Source: Phoronis australis
Taxonomy: Eukaryota; Animalia; Phoronida
Direction of reading: 5' to 3'
Length of the DNA: 64,000 nucleotides
Assembly (NCBI GenBank): GCA_002633005.1
Contig: NMRA01000551.1
Location: 78,809 to 142,808, forward strand
Position 1 is the stretch's first letter. Every line of letters begins with the position of its first letter. A program made the position numbers and the translations under genes. This document shows positions 46,333-59,300 of this stretch, one piece after another. Under the pieces are notes generated by a model, which worked only from the letters and a program-made list of their open reading frames with translations, was not told the origin of the DNA and searched no databases.

Positions 46333-49300
46333 CTGACAGAAGAAAGCGTGAAAATTTTGATTTTTGATTGAATACCAACCTGCCATTAATTGGATTATAT
46401 GACCATGTCTTATGAGTAAACTTTCATAAAAAGAACGGTACATTCATCTCATAACAAAAATATCAAATAACATGACCTGATTTCATTTGATAAAATTGTT
46501 AAAGATATAATCTCAAAAAAGCTGTTACTAGGTTCTTAAATTATAACCTGGTTTAAGTTTGCTACAATGTTTTAGATTCTTTGTGAGTCACTAAAGCCCT
46601 ATTTTTTGATAGCCTCGCATGGAAAAGTGGAAAGTTTTAAAAATAATCGTAACAACATTTGGAGAACAGTGCATGAGGCATAGTACCTGAAAGTTTCAAA
46701 AGAATCCAATCAACCACTTTCGAGATATAATGATCCAAACTTTACCAAATTTGGACATTTTACTGGGTTCCACATGACCTTAATTATGACATTTTCAAAA
46801 AAATGGCCACCAAAGTTGAGCAGCATTGAACTTCACTTTGAAGAATTGTCAGAAAATATCGAAATACAAGCAGCATTATAATTTACGAAATTCTCCAATT
46901 TTAGTTTGGCCTTTTGACTGATACAGTAAGCTCTTTCTGTGTTCTAAACTGAGCAGTGAAAAGTGAAAGAAAGGGTATTTTTGAGACTGATATTGATAAA
47001 CAACTCAAACGTTTTCATATGAATTTCAACTTGAGAAAAATGTATGGTGAATTATAGAAAACCTCCCTCTCAGACAGAAAGGTTATTCTGGCTCCAAAAT
47101 CAAGCCCTTGGGTCCACATTAGAAAGTTTTCAAATTGGGCAATATCACAGTATGTTTTCTATAAGGCCCTGGACCCCTTAAGCACAACCAAGGTTATTCT
47201 TGTAACAAATTTCTTTTTATTGCATTGTACCTGGTCACCTTGATAAGCTGGGTAATCTAGGTACACCTCCTTGTCGTATACACTTTGCTCAGGCAAATGT
47301 GAAGTGCTTTTAAAGCATTGCATAACAGGCCATTGTGGAATCCTGTTACTTTGTTTATTGAAACAAAAATAAACACAGACCTGCCAGTGAATGACCCCAC
47401 CATCTGATAACTACTCAAGAAGCCCCAATCCAAACCATAGGCTGAAGGTACCATCACACAGCTCTATGAGTTTGATACCAAAAACAAAAATGTCAAAACG
47501 CTCATTTGCTCTTCCAATACAAGGTTGCTGACACAACATCCTTATTCTTTTGTAAAAACTGAGATTGTTGACAATACAGCATTTGGACATATCCAACAAT
47601 TTGGACAAATAGGATATTAACCTGCGAAGGAACATAGGATACTAACAAAGGTCAATTTAGGAGACAATCTCACCACTTCTTGAGCTCAGTTTTACAATGA
47701 TGAGAGGTTCAACTCAACACAGTTTATGTTTTTGAAACTAAAATTGAGAATTGTTGGATGATTCCAAGAGTGCCACAAATTTTCCTGTTATAAAACATGT
47801 AAGAAATCATTACTAAATCTTTGTTAGAAGTTTGACTATTATGTTACATGCTGTATCCTAGTTACTATTAGCCATTTTTAATTCACACATAGAAGTGACA
47901 TAAAGAAATATGAAGTTTTGAGACACGAGTTTGAGAGCTCAAAAATGAGTATGATGTCAGTAGTAGGGTATATGTTGTACAGCACAAGAATGATGGTTTA
48001 GAAGAGGTGCAAAAGGACATAACAATTGTTTCTCATGTAAACTTTACTACGCTTTAAAATACAGAATCCTGGATATCTTGGAGAAACATTTTTTTACTAT
48101 TGATGGAACAATAGATTGACACAAACGTGCCGCCATCTTGGTTCTCCATGTATTTCCTATGAGCAAACAGTCTGTGGAAGTCATTCATGTTAGGTCTATT
48201 GAATATCGAGAGCTGAACCCAGACATGGGCCTTTTGCTGTGCTGTTAATGTCAATCACCACAGCCCTTGACCACCAAAGGCGACAAGTGTCTGCCTTCTA
48301 AGGGGAATTTTTTTGATTGAGAGGAGACCCCCCCCTCCCCGTCACCTGAAATTTCATGAGCTTGCTCTGAACAAATAAAAAGTGTCAGTTCTTCTCAAGC
48401 TCAAAAATCGAACCTATTTACACTAAAGAACAACTTACAACTACTTCCACAATGATAAGACATTGGCCTAACTCAAAACTTGTTTCTTAACAGAAAGCAT
48501 GGGTATAATGTCGCTCTAAGGTACATAGTTGTCCAGATGTAAAGTTGGTCTCTAGCCACTAGTAGGACACCTTGCACATTTAAACATGATAAAAACTGCA
48601 CATCGTTTATCATTTGGTTGCAAATGCATGTTTAACTATTTATCATATTCATGATAATTACTAATGACCACTACTGCACACTATGGAACAACTGGCATAC
48701 TTTAAATACAGATTTAGATCAGGTTCAGATCCTTATTTTTGCACGATCTAGTCAACTGGGTTTCTAAGTTACTATGAGTCCACTGCTAAAAACAGAAGCA
48801 ACGCAAATTTAGCAATTTTCCAACACAGCAGTGACATGATGAAACATGCCTAGCCACTAGATGGCCATAGTGTAGTTGGTGGAAATCGTTCGCATACTTG
48901 TAGTGTACTATTATTTAGCATTTTTTATAAATTCATAGCCACCAAAATGCCATCAAATTTATACAGTTGTGCAGAAAGATGTTCGCATGATTCTCATAAA
49001 AATTTCAAAGCCTTGAAATGTTTGTGAAGGAAAGAATTTGCATTTTCTCTCTGTCACCTTGTTCTATCTAGCACAGCACAAGTAGAAATTGAGTCAACAG
49101 AGACATTCTTGGCCTCTCACAACACTTAACGGAAAGTTTCTTCATTTTTCACAGCTGAGCACTACAAAGTAAAGACTTTATAAGTGTTGTATATCATAAA
49201 TATTATCAGCCAGTGTTGTGAGAAATGGTGAGTGTTCCTAATAATGTAGGAAGTCTTAAAAAAATGAAAAATGACCAATTTTGAACATTAGCTTTGTCCT

Positions 49301-52300
49301 TAAATTGTGAGATTTTACCATACTTCTTGAAAACTTTTCTACTGATGAAGAAAGTTCAGCTGAGAGAAAAATCTTGCTAATTTTGGACAAAAATGAGTGC
49401 CAAAATTCGATTCATTTCCCTTTTCAAAGGGTCATAGCCCACTGAATGCTCAAAGCATTTAACATAGAGGTTTTGATGGAATATTGCAGTGTCATACACT
49501 ATTATAAATTTCCAAAGTGATACTTTATGAAAGCTATAACAGTAAAAACTTTGTTAACAAGCAAATAAAATTTCCTTCATGTATATCTTAGTTGAGAGAA
49601 ATTTGACGATAAAATTCCACGTGTCAGCCACATTGGATGCTAAATAGGAAAAGAATTACCATACACCTTTATTACAAGAATTATTGGCCCCTGGATGACT
49701 CAAAAACCTCCTTCAACCAACAATTCTGGGTGACATTTAACACCCTTAAGAGGTAACTTTCTCTTGTCCACAGCACAATTCCAACAATACCAAAGTATGC
49801 AAACAACTCATTACTTACATAAACACTACATTCACCCCCTCTCCTTCATCAACAAACTGGTGACTGTTTGCAATTGACACAAAAAGCAACACTTGCAAGA
49901 GTGACAGGGGAACAATGACCACATTATTATGTGACTGAAGGATGTTGCTGGATTGTGTACAAAGAGCGTCTGGTCTCACTGGTCACTGACATTAAAAGAA
50001 TATTTACAAAAACTGACAACTGCCAGGGTGTTGCCAAAGAAAATGAATTCCTTACAGAGGTGGAATTCCTCGAATCAATGAAATTTTAGTTGATTATTTA
50101 CTGGTATGTACAAATGGACAGCAGTCAATTTGTGGTAAAATTAAGATTTTTCATGAGACTTGACTACAAGAGCACAAAATTCAACCAGCGAGACAGGCCA
50201 GTAGGCGTGGGGGAAGGTAAATGCAAGAGACTTCACAAAAACAGCAGCTATTGTAAAGGTTTTTAAACATCGCGAATGGCCAGGACTTTGTTCCCGACAA
50301 GAAAAATGTTTATATTATGTCATATACCAGAGAACAAGTTCCTGTTTTTCTACCAAGAAGTAAGTCTGACACCTGTGTTCCATCTGAAGCAATACCATGA
50401 AAACAGTGGACATGTTTGTTTCCCTTTCTGTGAACATTGGCATACCAAGATATCCCACAATGCAACACTGAGGACTTCTGTGTTCCACTCCATAATGAGA
50501 TAGAGAGGGCTACAAAGATGACACAAAAACATTTCCTACAATTGAAGTTGATATAAAATGTTTTGACATAGTCATTTGGAAATTGATTTTTCATTTGTAT
50601 GTTCAATAACAGAGGGAGCAACAAGTGGAACAAGAAATGGAGTGCATGAGGCATCATTAGTAAGCTCATCAGTGCTACACAATGACGTTTAGTTTTCACA
50701 GGTTAAACTGACAAAAGTTTATGCAAAATCTCTCATTGTTAAACTATACAATACAAAAAATGCTAATAGTAAAGTAAAAATGTCTATTTTTCACTTCTGC
50801 TGACAAACTGAAGTCACATTTCACCTGTCCGCACTACTGGACATGCCTTTACTGTGCATTTGCTGTTTCAAAAGATATGTGTAGTCATTCAAGATATACT
50901 GAGCTCTCCGTGGGTGAACATTAGTTCAAAGTAAGATAAAATAAGAATGAAGGGGTCTACCAACGACCACCAAAATCATAGAAATCAACAAGTGTTAAGT
51001 TGCCTTATTGCGAAGCATCACAAAATTAAATGAAAATATCTGACATTTGCCATTGGGCAAAATGGAACCCCCCCCCCCCAGGAAATAGTTCTATAACACA
51101 AACAGCATTCAATAAAACATTGAAATCTCAATACCTGTTTTATTGGCAATGGTTCTTTTCCTTGCTGAGCAAGAAATCAACAAACATGGTGCTTATGAGG
51201 TAAAACCAGTGATTCCACATTGGACCCAGTTTTGTGGAACAAATACTTTACATTCCACCATTGGATACCCACCAAAGCAAAGAAATATTACAATGATTGT
51301 TCGTGGTAAAAAGCATGGCACTAAACCTTCTGACTTGGAAATTTTGATGATGTAACCATGACATGTTCTTGAGAAATCTGAAATACAGCGAAGGGAATGC
51401 CATCGGGAATTAACCTTTGAAAGTGTTTGGACACCAATATTTATGACTGATGTCATCCAATCTAAATCCTGGTGGCAATCAATAAGGGCTTCATACAGAT
51501 AGAGCACACATAAATACTATGTTGTGTAAATACAAGTTGCATCACGATCCCAAGAATACAAAGGTACGTTGAATGAAATTTAGGAACTGAGCTAAAACAA
51601 AGCAAAATTTTGGACATGGCCTGCACTCCATTTGTTTAAAAACTTAATTGAGATGAATTTCAGATATGCTGAGAAAAAATGACACAGTGAGTGCCACCAG
51701 ATTCGAAGAGTACCACTTTAGGCAGTATTCAGGTGGGAAATCCTCCCAAAGAAAAGGAATATGGAAGATCCCAACACCAGGGGGTCTTTTCTGACAAAAT
51801 TACCCACAAAAGGTTAGATTTTCCAATGAAATTCCCTACAAAAGGGTTTCAGTTGGGTTGAAAAGGTCCATTTTTGAAGTGCACAAGGACTTTTAATATT
51901 GTTATTTTCAAAACCTCGGTTGCAAAAGATGAAATCGTTTTTTACAACATTGCATCTCTTCTTGTACTGCCCTCCCTGCAGCATTTGACTGCAAAATGAA
52001 ACAGGAAATATTGCAACCAAGAAATGCGCCCACCTGCTTCATCTATTGCCCGTTTAAATAAAATTAAGTAATGTCATGATTACAAAGATCGACAATGTAA
52101 GTTTTTTGGTGCTTAACTCCAAACTGTGAACATGTTGCTCAAATACAGTCAAACAACGAGGATGTAATTCCACACTCCTTAATCACAGCTTTCATAAAAT
52201 ACAACTAACCACAACTATATCACTTGTACTTTTACAAAGACAAAAACCATTCTCAAATATGGTCACAACTTGGTTTTTGGCAGATCTACCTCCACCAAGG

Positions 52301-55300
52301 TGCTTGAGGTTAACTGGAGCACGAAGCTATTGGAAGAACAAAGAACCTTCACAAGTGGCATGTGGGGATACTGTACAAAGCTGGCACCAATTCAAACCAC
52401 AAGGTCATTGCCAGCATACAGGGCACAAAGATCACGCAACAAATCACACCGGATTCAACCCATTCCAACCAAGAAAATTTGGTAACAGAGGAGCGTGGAA
52501 GCAGTTTGAAGTTAGCTTCAGCTTTCCCTCAGGTTTTGATGCTTAACCAACGTCAAATTTACCACCCGATGGCACTTGTGTCACCGAAGTTATAGCAATC
52601 TGGCGCTGCGAAAAGTTTAGGTTGTGTAGGACCTTATCAACATGTGTGTGTATTTAGCCCAGTATCTATACAACTAAACATTTTAACTCACTCATTAAAA
52701 TATATATTTTCTGCAAATGGAAAGCCTGTAGAATTTAATTTTTGACTTTTAACAATATGCCATTAATGTCATGCCGTGAATATGTCTTTCTGGTGAAATT
52801 TAGCAAAGAAAGAAATATACATTGACAGCAAACCAAAGGTATCAGTACCATGATCAATTTTCATTTGATAGATCCCTCGGGGAACTAGGTCACAAGCTCG
52901 TCACTTTATTTTTTTTCTTACGCCCGTCGCATGGATGTCGCAAATTAAACAATACCTTTCGACCTCCATACGTCGTCATTTGGCATGTGACGGTAAATGT
53001 TCAAGATGGAATAACAAAACCGTTTTTACAGTTATCAAAATTATCATTTCATTTTCCTTTTATTTAAATTTCAATATTTTTGTGCAAATCTTACAGTCCT
53101 ATTTTTATAGCACTTAAAAACAATTCCTAATAGCGATGTGGAGAAATGCATAAAGCATAATACCTGAAATATTCATATGAATCCCATCAGCAATTTCTAA
53201 GATACGATGTTCTTAAGTAAGCTAAATTTGAACATTTGTCTAAGGCCCTTACATAACATTAATGCATAGGCTTTGTTTAATATCCAAGAAGAATCGTTCA
53301 TATTTTGGGTAATGAAATGAAATGCTTGTTCTGCCACAATGATGAATATTTGAACAAAACATTATCACGTAAGAACACAACATGCGACATTGATTGACAG
53401 CGACACTTGCCAATAACTCCGATGACACTGAAGTTAACCTTTCACACCCCATAAAAGTGCAGACACTGCTCTTCAATTTACCTATTTACTTAGAAGTTAA
53501 CTTAGACTTGGGACTTTAACTTCTCTCTGAGAACCAAGTTACCTGTAACCTTTCACCTGTGTAGAGGACTCCCTAACACTTCTATGCATTCACACTAGTG
53601 TGACAAGGCTCTCGAATGTCTGAAAGGCCAACCAGAATGCAAGAGCCATTTCCACATCTTGTTTGACAAAAATAAGAAGAAACACGCGAACAGCTTGTCT
53701 GGATACTAAAAAGTTTGAACATTAATACCGAAAATGGATGACATGAGATAAACATAATATAGGAATCCTTTCTGCATTATCAGTATCCTTACTAAAGTTA
53801 CATTTCCCCACTCAGTAGTTTAGCAGTCAATGTTAAATTCCTAACTGAAGCACTAAAAGTGGAACTTGCATGCTAATTCCTTAGCTCTGTGATTGCTTGG
53901 TTAAATTAGTAAGAAACACAACATATAGCCACGATAAGAATATGAAGTATATCGAAAATTGACAAATGTTTTTAAGAACGAGTTGTTTTAAAATGTCTAC
54001 CACAAATCACTCGACCGTGTCCAGTAAGTATCGTTACGTTACGTGGTGTTGGGGAATAACACTGTATGATGCAGGTCATGTAAGCTCCCAAGGTACGCCA
54101 TTAGTTCAAAGGTCACCAATGTGCAAATTTTTTTATTTTTCACATTTGCAAGTTGTCAATGAATACAAGTGCACTTTGTTTAGCGTAGATGATTTTCAAG
54201 TAGCATTGTGGTTTAGTTCCTGCAATACATTAGTATAGTTAAGAGCATGCAAATATATCTTTAAGGGTTAAAGAGCATTACCCCACTCATCCAAACTTGA
54301 GCTATTGCCTACTAAAGCAGCAACTCAAGTCAAAAGCACTGCAATGAACCATTTTCAAATTCGCAACTTCAGGATTGGCCAACCTCAATAAAGTGTGAAG
54401 TGTCAGCGATGGTCGAATGTTCATCTATAACACTATTTTTATTTTAGCTAAAACGGAGAAATGTAGCTTCAAGATTATGTCCAAATTTGGTTAACTTCGG
54501 AACATCTCACAAATGGCCGATCGGAACCATCTCAAACTTTCAGCATCCGTGCTTTATGCGCTGTTTTCCAAAACAATTGTTTTTAAGATGTTCCACGAGA
54601 GGTTAACAAAAAATAGTGCTCTTGTGACATTTATGAAAAAAAAATTGTATAAAAGGAAAACAACATGTAAAAGCATCATTGAGATTTCATTTTGAACATT
54701 TATATACACAAAAATTAATTATGACATTGATACCATTGTTTTGCTATGAATGTACCTATCTTTTTGAAAAATTTTACCAAAACACATGGTCACACGGTGG
54801 GCATAAAGACAAAACTAGAATTCTACAAGCTTAAAAGCTTTTTTTATTCAATATAATAGGAACAGTACAGATCACACGATACAGTAACTTTTTTGTTTTA
54901 GTCAAGGAACAGTTAAGGTGTTAACTTACAGTGTACAAAGGTAATTCAACAGACTTTCAGAAAATACCTACTTTTACTGAGTATTTCATTTCATGTCATG
55001 GAGTTGCGACTTGCCATCAAAAACACACACAAGCTGAAATAGTTTATCAAGTTCCAAAGTGGACCTTTCAATTTCCACAAGTGGCCTTAATGAAACCCTA
55101 GTTCAGACAAGGACAAAGATATCCGCCAACATAGGTCTTGTCACTTCTGATTAACCCCAGACTGTACTGGTGGGTGAAGGTTGTAGAAAAAACAGAGAAA
55201 AATAAATCAAGAACACATCTGCAGACAAGAAGGTAAGGTAGGCGGAGGGCAGGCGGAGGCAAGAAAGGCGAAGTCTGTTTTCAAGTACAGAGCATCTTCT

Positions 55301-55569
55301 CCAATTTAGAATGCATGAATAAAATTTTACATTGTCAAATTTCTCAGCAAAAACTTAGAAAATTTGACTTCATCGCTAACACTGTTATTGCACACCTCAC
55401 GTCAAACAACATTCGATGAACGTTTTGAGCATTTGTGGCAATGTAATATGGTTGGTGTCAGCCTTCAAAATGGAAAACAGAAAATTTTTCATCAGAAATT
55501 GAAGATGCATTATCTGAAGTATAGTGAAGGCTATGCAAGCAACACTGGGATGAAAAATCTGTTGTATAA

Positions 55570-56387
55570 TCTATCTATCTATCTATCTATCTATCTATTA
55601 TATAAAATGCATCGTTTGCACAAACTCCGTCTCCCCCGCTCCACTACAGACCTTCGTTGCGCCCGTTTCGGCACCGCCTTGGTCCCAGGTATTGCACCGG
55701 TCCCCTATTTGGATTCGGGATGTTCTATTTTCTTCTCTAAGGCCGTTTTTTCGTGGACGTGGAGGGAGGGTAGCCAGTTTCGTACTGGCCTGGGTGACAT
55801 CAGTCGGTCGACTCAAAGGCCTGGGTGACGTCACTTCGTCAGCTTAATTTCACTCCATCCGGCTTCTGTCGCGTATATAATTCAAACAGATCGGACCTGT
55901 CGCCGCCAAAATTAATGATGCCTCATTAAAAATTTATTACTCTTCCTTGAGTAAACTAAATTATTTACCCGAGTGTTGGAAAATTGGCGTTCTTCAGTTA
56001 TTCTGCTAAAATTGCGATGCGCTTTTGGGCGCCATTGCGTCACCTATTGGCCAATTTCCATGTTCTTCAATCAACGTTGCGTACATGTCGTAAAAATCGG
56101 AAGTGATTTCATTTCGTTACAAATTTTTACTATCTTAATACCAGAAATCCCAATTTCAGAACACACTCTCGAGAGATGTCACAAAATTTTATAAAATGAC
56201 ACGTACGTGCCCATGTCACGGGCATGCATTGTTTTCAAAACGACGACAGATTTTCCTTTGTTACAAAAGGCGGAGAATTACGAAAAATAACATTAATTAG
56301 ACTTTTTTACTTCTATCAGCGGCTTTAACAGGAAAGGTGAATGTCGGTTCATTCCCAGATTCTGCATGCACCCATGCAGGTTGTTAG
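55570..56387 (+). mobile_element. Non-autonomous Helitron (~820 bp)
   Basis: A|TC start with (TCTA)n then TTATATAAAA; 3' hairpin CTGCATG-CACC-CATGCAG a few nt before TTAG|T (CTAG variant); no TSD; CpG-rich relative to flanks. Confidence 0.7.
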
Positions 56388-59300
56388 TTATAAGTTTCAC
56401 GACGAGGTGACGAGCTGAGCACCTTTGTTGTGTGAAATTTCGGTGTCCGACGGAGCAGTCTACACATGGCTACCTAGCTGTATGTTGACGATAGTCTTCA
56501 TACAGCTAGCTGGCTTTCTACCTCAGTATGTACATTTATGATGCAACTTTACATCTATATACTTTGTTTGCTGTACGATATTTTAAATGCATTCTTAGTT
56601 TTCATTTTAAAAGAATAATATCTGATTACCGTACTTCAGTGTTAAGGTGAAGTCAAATGTTCTCAGTGGAAAGAAATTCGTAGTGCCTGGGGAAAGAATC
56701 CCGCAGTCGCACACCTTGACCACTAAAATCTGCAGTGACAGAAATTCTGCTTGGGTCTCTTTAAGAAGTATTCCTGTCTCTAGCAATGAACACTCGGTTC
56801 ACTCTTAGGTGTAGTAGTTATTTCCCCTCGGCTTTGCACGGTAACAGCTAATTCTCATATAAAATCATGCATACTGCCTTCACTTGAGGCTAATAATGAG
56901 TGGGCCAGATATAGGACAGTTTCCCACACGACAACCAGTCCTGTGTGACCCTGTTTTGTACCAGAGTGAACATCCAATCTCCTATTTACTAAACCTTTAC
57001 CATAATATTTTACTTTCTACCAAAGCTCTTTGGTTTCTCACAAGCTTCACAGTTGATTCAAAAGGACTTCAATGTTTGTTAAGTGTGAATAGTATGCATC
57101 ACAACCACAGCCATTTCCTTCCCAAACACCACTCTTGCAATGTGAATCATAAGGTTATGTACTTATGATGTAATTATTGGCTACAGCCAGTTGACAAATA
57201 TGCCCATGATTTAAGCAGGTTTATCAGGGGTCAAAGATAGGGGAACCTTCTGTAGTGATAAGGTTCTAAAACAACAACTAAAGGAGGTCTAAATACAAGG
57301 GCAAACACCTGTGTGTATGATGTTCATGTGAGGGTGGCATTAGACTGTCCTAAGCCAAGACATGTTGTGATAGGAAAACCAGTCTTCAGAAAGGACCAAT
57401 GTATCATGCATGAAAGAAAGCCTTTTGCATTCAAGCTTTGTATACATAAATACATCAACAGACTTTGTTGTGTTTTAAGCATCTCTTTATCTTGCTACAA
57501 GTATTTAAATCACCAGAAAACATGAACCAGTGTCATCATTGAAATACCGCCATATCTTCCATACCACCAAGAAACTCACACAACAACAAGATCACACTTA
57601 AAATCCTCTGCTATGTATGGCAGTTGGCTTAGCAGAACCTTTGGCTGCTATAATGGAGCTGGTGGAGTCATTCTGTGCAACTGCTAGTTTCCTGTAAAAA
57701 TAATTTTCTCGCCCTTTGTTAGTCGATATGAAAACGCATTTTGTGATTACTCCATGAAAGTGACTGGCCAGTCCTCTGATCTGATGTCAAGGTTATCCTG
57801 AAATCTCAAATGTGTAAGAAGTTTGCAAACGCCAATAAGTATGCTAGAAACGATCTACAGGTGACAATCTTTTTTATTGCTATTGCACTTACAGTTGCAA
57901 TTCCACTAAGGCACATTGTTAACTGATATAGCAACAAAGATAAACGTTTAGTCAAAAACAATATGAACTTTTCATCAACTGATAAGCAGTACCAAGCAGT
58001 GTTCAAGATTGAAATTCCAAAGAGTCATCCAAACATGTCAGGGGCCATTCTAATGTATCACAAGCGCCCCAAACGGGTGGCGATGACACATGAAAACAGG
58101 CCATGGCTGGTGAACACAGGATGTGCTGTCAGCCTTCTCATAAAAACTCCACTTGAAAACTGGGTATTACTCAACAAAAGTCAGTAATAATACCTGCAGG
58201 CTGCCCAGATTGATGACCCTCTAATGGCACAGGTAATAAAACCATTAGTTATCAATACACTTGCACATTATATCAGACCTTTATACAAGGGCACTTCTTT
58301 CATACGATACAATGTAGGCTGTGCTGCCTCCCTTGTTCAAAACTAACTGCCCTTGAGCTGTGGTGACAACCAGTCAGCCTCCAAGCTTTAAGCATTCAAA
58401 ACTAATAGTATATTGCAAAAGCAGTAAAAACTTGAAAAACACCAATGAGCAGGAAAATATGCCAGTGTTCAACAGTGAATGCCTCACAGGTTTTGTATAG
58501 CTGAGACTAGAAAGGGGTAAAAAGTTTGGAAACAAATATATTTCAAAGCATTTGTAGTCTTCAATTGGAAAATTAAACTGTACAATACATGACACACGAG
58601 AACTCTTCATTCCTGAAATACAGTAGTATACCTCGCTATAAAGCACACAATGGAAAATATGTCAGTAAGACTCATCTGAATCAAATCCTGCTTTTGGGAA
58701 TGAAACTGATGCAAGTATTTACATGTATCTTAACTAGGCTTGTCTACAGCACACCAGCCGGATAACATAGATAGGGTGGGCAGAACATGCTTGAAAACAG
58801 TGCTTTTTGTCCTTCTCTTATTGTGGCTAAATAGAAATCTGCATGTTTTATCAGTAATGACTTCAATACATGAACAAAAAGGAATGCAAGGATATTAACA
58901 CCAGTACTAAAACATGGTGTGGGCCAGACCAGTGTTAAAGACCTCAAGTTAATCATGTAGAAAACATATTCAACCAGGAATGGTGTAGCTCAGTCAAGCG
59001 CTATGAGTTGCATAGAAACATGCAGAACCAGTAATCAGGAATGCTCAGGTGGGCTAATCTTGTCTACAGGTAATAGTTCTCATACCACAAGTTCTGGAAA
59101 TTAGTGTTAGAGACATAAAGAACTAAGGTTTGCTTCTCACCTACAAGATAAACGCAAAATTCACAGACAAATACATGTCAGTTCATGTTTTAGCACACTT
59201 TCAGGTCATAGTTGTATAGGAATGGAGTGGTAACACAAACTGCTCACCTGAATGGGGGGCATTAATGAGTAAGGGTCCCAAATAATTGTTTGTATGGTTA

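Noticed and set aside
54925-54990. GTAAGT donor as candidate end of PXDN exon 1
   Set aside because: The upstream frame has no LRRNT cysteines or signal peptide
58975-59070. tRNA or tRNA-derived SINE (GGTGTAGCTCAGT A-box-like)
   Set aside because: No cloverleaf and only a very degenerate B box; cannot be supported
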